DNA of 61,481 nt. It comes from an uncultured Bdellovibrio sp. Its GTDB lineage: Bacteria; Bdellovibrionota; Bdellovibrionia; Bdellovibrionales; Bdellovibrionaceae. The position numbers and the translations under genes were made by a program. Below the pieces are notes generated by a model that had not been told where the DNA came from, did not search any database, and was given only the letters and a program-made list of their open reading frames with translations. The DNA lies in contig CAWVRN010000030.1 in assembly GCA_963932905.1 (NCBI GenBank), positions 1 through 61,481 on the forward strand, in the 5' to 3' direction. Positions 59,971 to 61,481 of the stretch are shown here, piece after piece. The stretch's first letter is position 1. Each line of letters opens with the position of its first letter.

Positions 59971-60333
59971 ATGGTAAAGCAGATCCGTTTTTTTATTCTT
60001 TGTCTTTCAATTTCAAGCATTCTGCTTAGTTGCGGTAAAGTAAAAAACTCAAGTAGTTCCGATGGGGATTCTGCAGTGGGTACTGCTGAGTTTGTTTCGG
60101 CTCGAGATATTATAGGTAGTAAGTGCCTAAGTTGCCATTCTACTTGGGCTGCTTATTCATCTGATGACTTCGTTAAAAAAGGTTTAGTTTTTAAAGGCTC
60201 TCCAGCTAACTCGACTTTGTACACGCGTATTCGTGGTAATGATGTGGGTGTAGCGGGTGATATGCCGACGGGACAGCCTAATTTGTCGACATCTGAAATC
60301 AAAGAAATTAAAACCTGGATTAGTTCGTTATAG
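59971..60333 (+). CDS. Monohaem cytochrome c lipoprotein
   Basis: LLSC lipobox, CLSCH, DMP. Confidence 0.85.
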   Translation: MVKQIRFFILCLSISSILLSCGKVKNSSSSDGDSAVGTAEFVSARDIIGSKCLSCHSTWAAYSSDDFVKKGLVFKGSPANSTLYTRIRGNDVGVAGDMPTGQPNLSTSEIKEIKTWISSL

Positions 60334-60456
60334 TCAGTGCCCTTTTAGGGTTTGCCGTATAAACCGTATTCAGTGTGTTAGAATACAATCAAGTTATAGA
60401 TAAGTTTTGATTTTGCAGGCTTTCTTTTTAAATGATTTTACAGCCTGGAGCTCACG

Positions 60457-61431
60457 TTGAAACTGTTGGCTAGAGTTCTTTTTTTAATCTTCCTTTCGGC
60501 CGCCTGTGTGGCACGACCCATATTCTTTATTGGCGATATTCACGCTGACATGGATGCGCTAAAACGAATTCTAGTGGGGTTAAAATTAGTGGATCAAAAT
60601 CTAAACTGGATTGGCGGCGATGCTGAACTGGTTACATTAGGTGATCATTTGGATCGTGGCCCAAGTTCTCGACCTGTATTGGATCTATTGATGCGTCTGG
60701 AGTCAGAATCGAAAACATCAGGAGGCAAAGTTACTAATTTAATTGGTAATCATGAATTCATGACGGCTGATGGTCACTATGGATACGCCCAAGGCGGAGA
60801 CACACTCGGTTATCGCGATTTTAAACTCGGTGTGCGAGGCAATGGTTACGAAAAGGCATTTGTCGGCCAAACCATTTATGCTCAATGGTTTCGGGCCCGT
60901 CCTGCGATGTATATCGTTGATGATACATTGTTTGTTCATGCCGGTGTGACCGAAAAAATGTTAAACTATTCTATCGATGAAATTAATAACCTAGTCACTG
61001 ATTGGATGCGTTTCGCACAGGGCGTGGGTGAGCAACCACACCCATCTACGATTTGGGTTGTTCAAAATGATGGTCCACTGTGGACAACGAGACTCAGTTA
61101 CCGCGAAGATACCTTTAAGCGCGACAAAGTAAACACTCACTTGTTGCCAGTAGAAATTCTGGATCGATTGTTGGCGCATTTTAAAGTTAAGCGGGTAGTT
61201 GTAGGTCATCAGCCTGTAGAAGATATGGAAAAAGCAGTCCATCATCCTGTGTATGGGAGTAGAGTCGTTTCAGTCGATACGGGAATTTCTGTTTCAGATA
61301 ATAAAATAGTTTCTGGGTTTAAATTAGAAAATGGAATAGTAACTGGATTTCATTTTGATAGACGATCACAAACGTTGCTTAATACCGTGCATTCGCAGCC
61401 GATGAAAAACTTGTGCTTAAGTTTTTATTAA
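60457..61431 (+). CDS. Exported calcineurin-like metallophosphoesterase
   Basis: GDIHAD, GDHLDRG, GNHE, HAG, VGH, VDTG. Confidence 0.9.
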   Translation: MKLLARVLFLIFLSAACVARPIFFIGDIHADMDALKRILVGLKLVDQNLNWIGGDAELVTLGDHLDRGPSSRPVLDLLMRLESESKTSGGKVTNLIGNHEFMTADGHYGYAQGGDTLGYRDFKLGVRGNGYEKAFVGQTIYAQWFRARPAMYIVDDTLFVHAGVTEKMLNYSIDEINNLVTDWMRFAQGVGEQPHPSTIWVVQNDGPLWTTRLSYREDTFKRDKVNTHLLPVEILDRLLAHFKVKRVVVGHQPVEDMEKAVHHPVYGSRVVSVDTGISVSDNKIVSGFKLENGIVTGFHFDRRSQTLLNTVHSQPMKNLCLSFY

Positions 61432-61481
61432 GAACTGGCCCCTTACTTTGCATTTTAGAATAGTATTTGTTTAAGGCTCAT

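Overview
Bacterial chromosomal window, probably from Bdellovibrionota (inferred from the many FQNC/FNNC-type lipoproteins and secreted proteins). Positions 1-23441 look like an integrative element that ends at a 3' tRNA-Leu(TAA) fragment (att site) and carries a tyrosine integrase and a Fic gene. Its cargo has three parts. (i) A sigma54 operon encoding an NtrC-type activator, a small exported peptide, a family-5 solute-binding protein, a short YcaO-like enzyme and a hybrid histidine kinase, a candidate modified-peptide signalling circuit. (ii) A complete diversity-generating retroelement (target-hrdc-avd-RT-TR) whose 125-bp TR/VR pair differs at 16 positions, all TR adenines. (iii) The DGR target, an exported ankyrin/FGE-type C-lectin protein, translationally coupled to an exported triple-AAA+/M41-protease fusion. 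Six unrelated signal-peptide proteins across the window share a terminal CxxFY motif, a candidate effector-sorting tag. The remainder is mostly host-like: recQ, a DTW protein, hflX, a kynurenine-pathway cluster and a lipoprotein/cytochrome c/DUF1501-like cluster. All product calls come from motif reading, not database searches.
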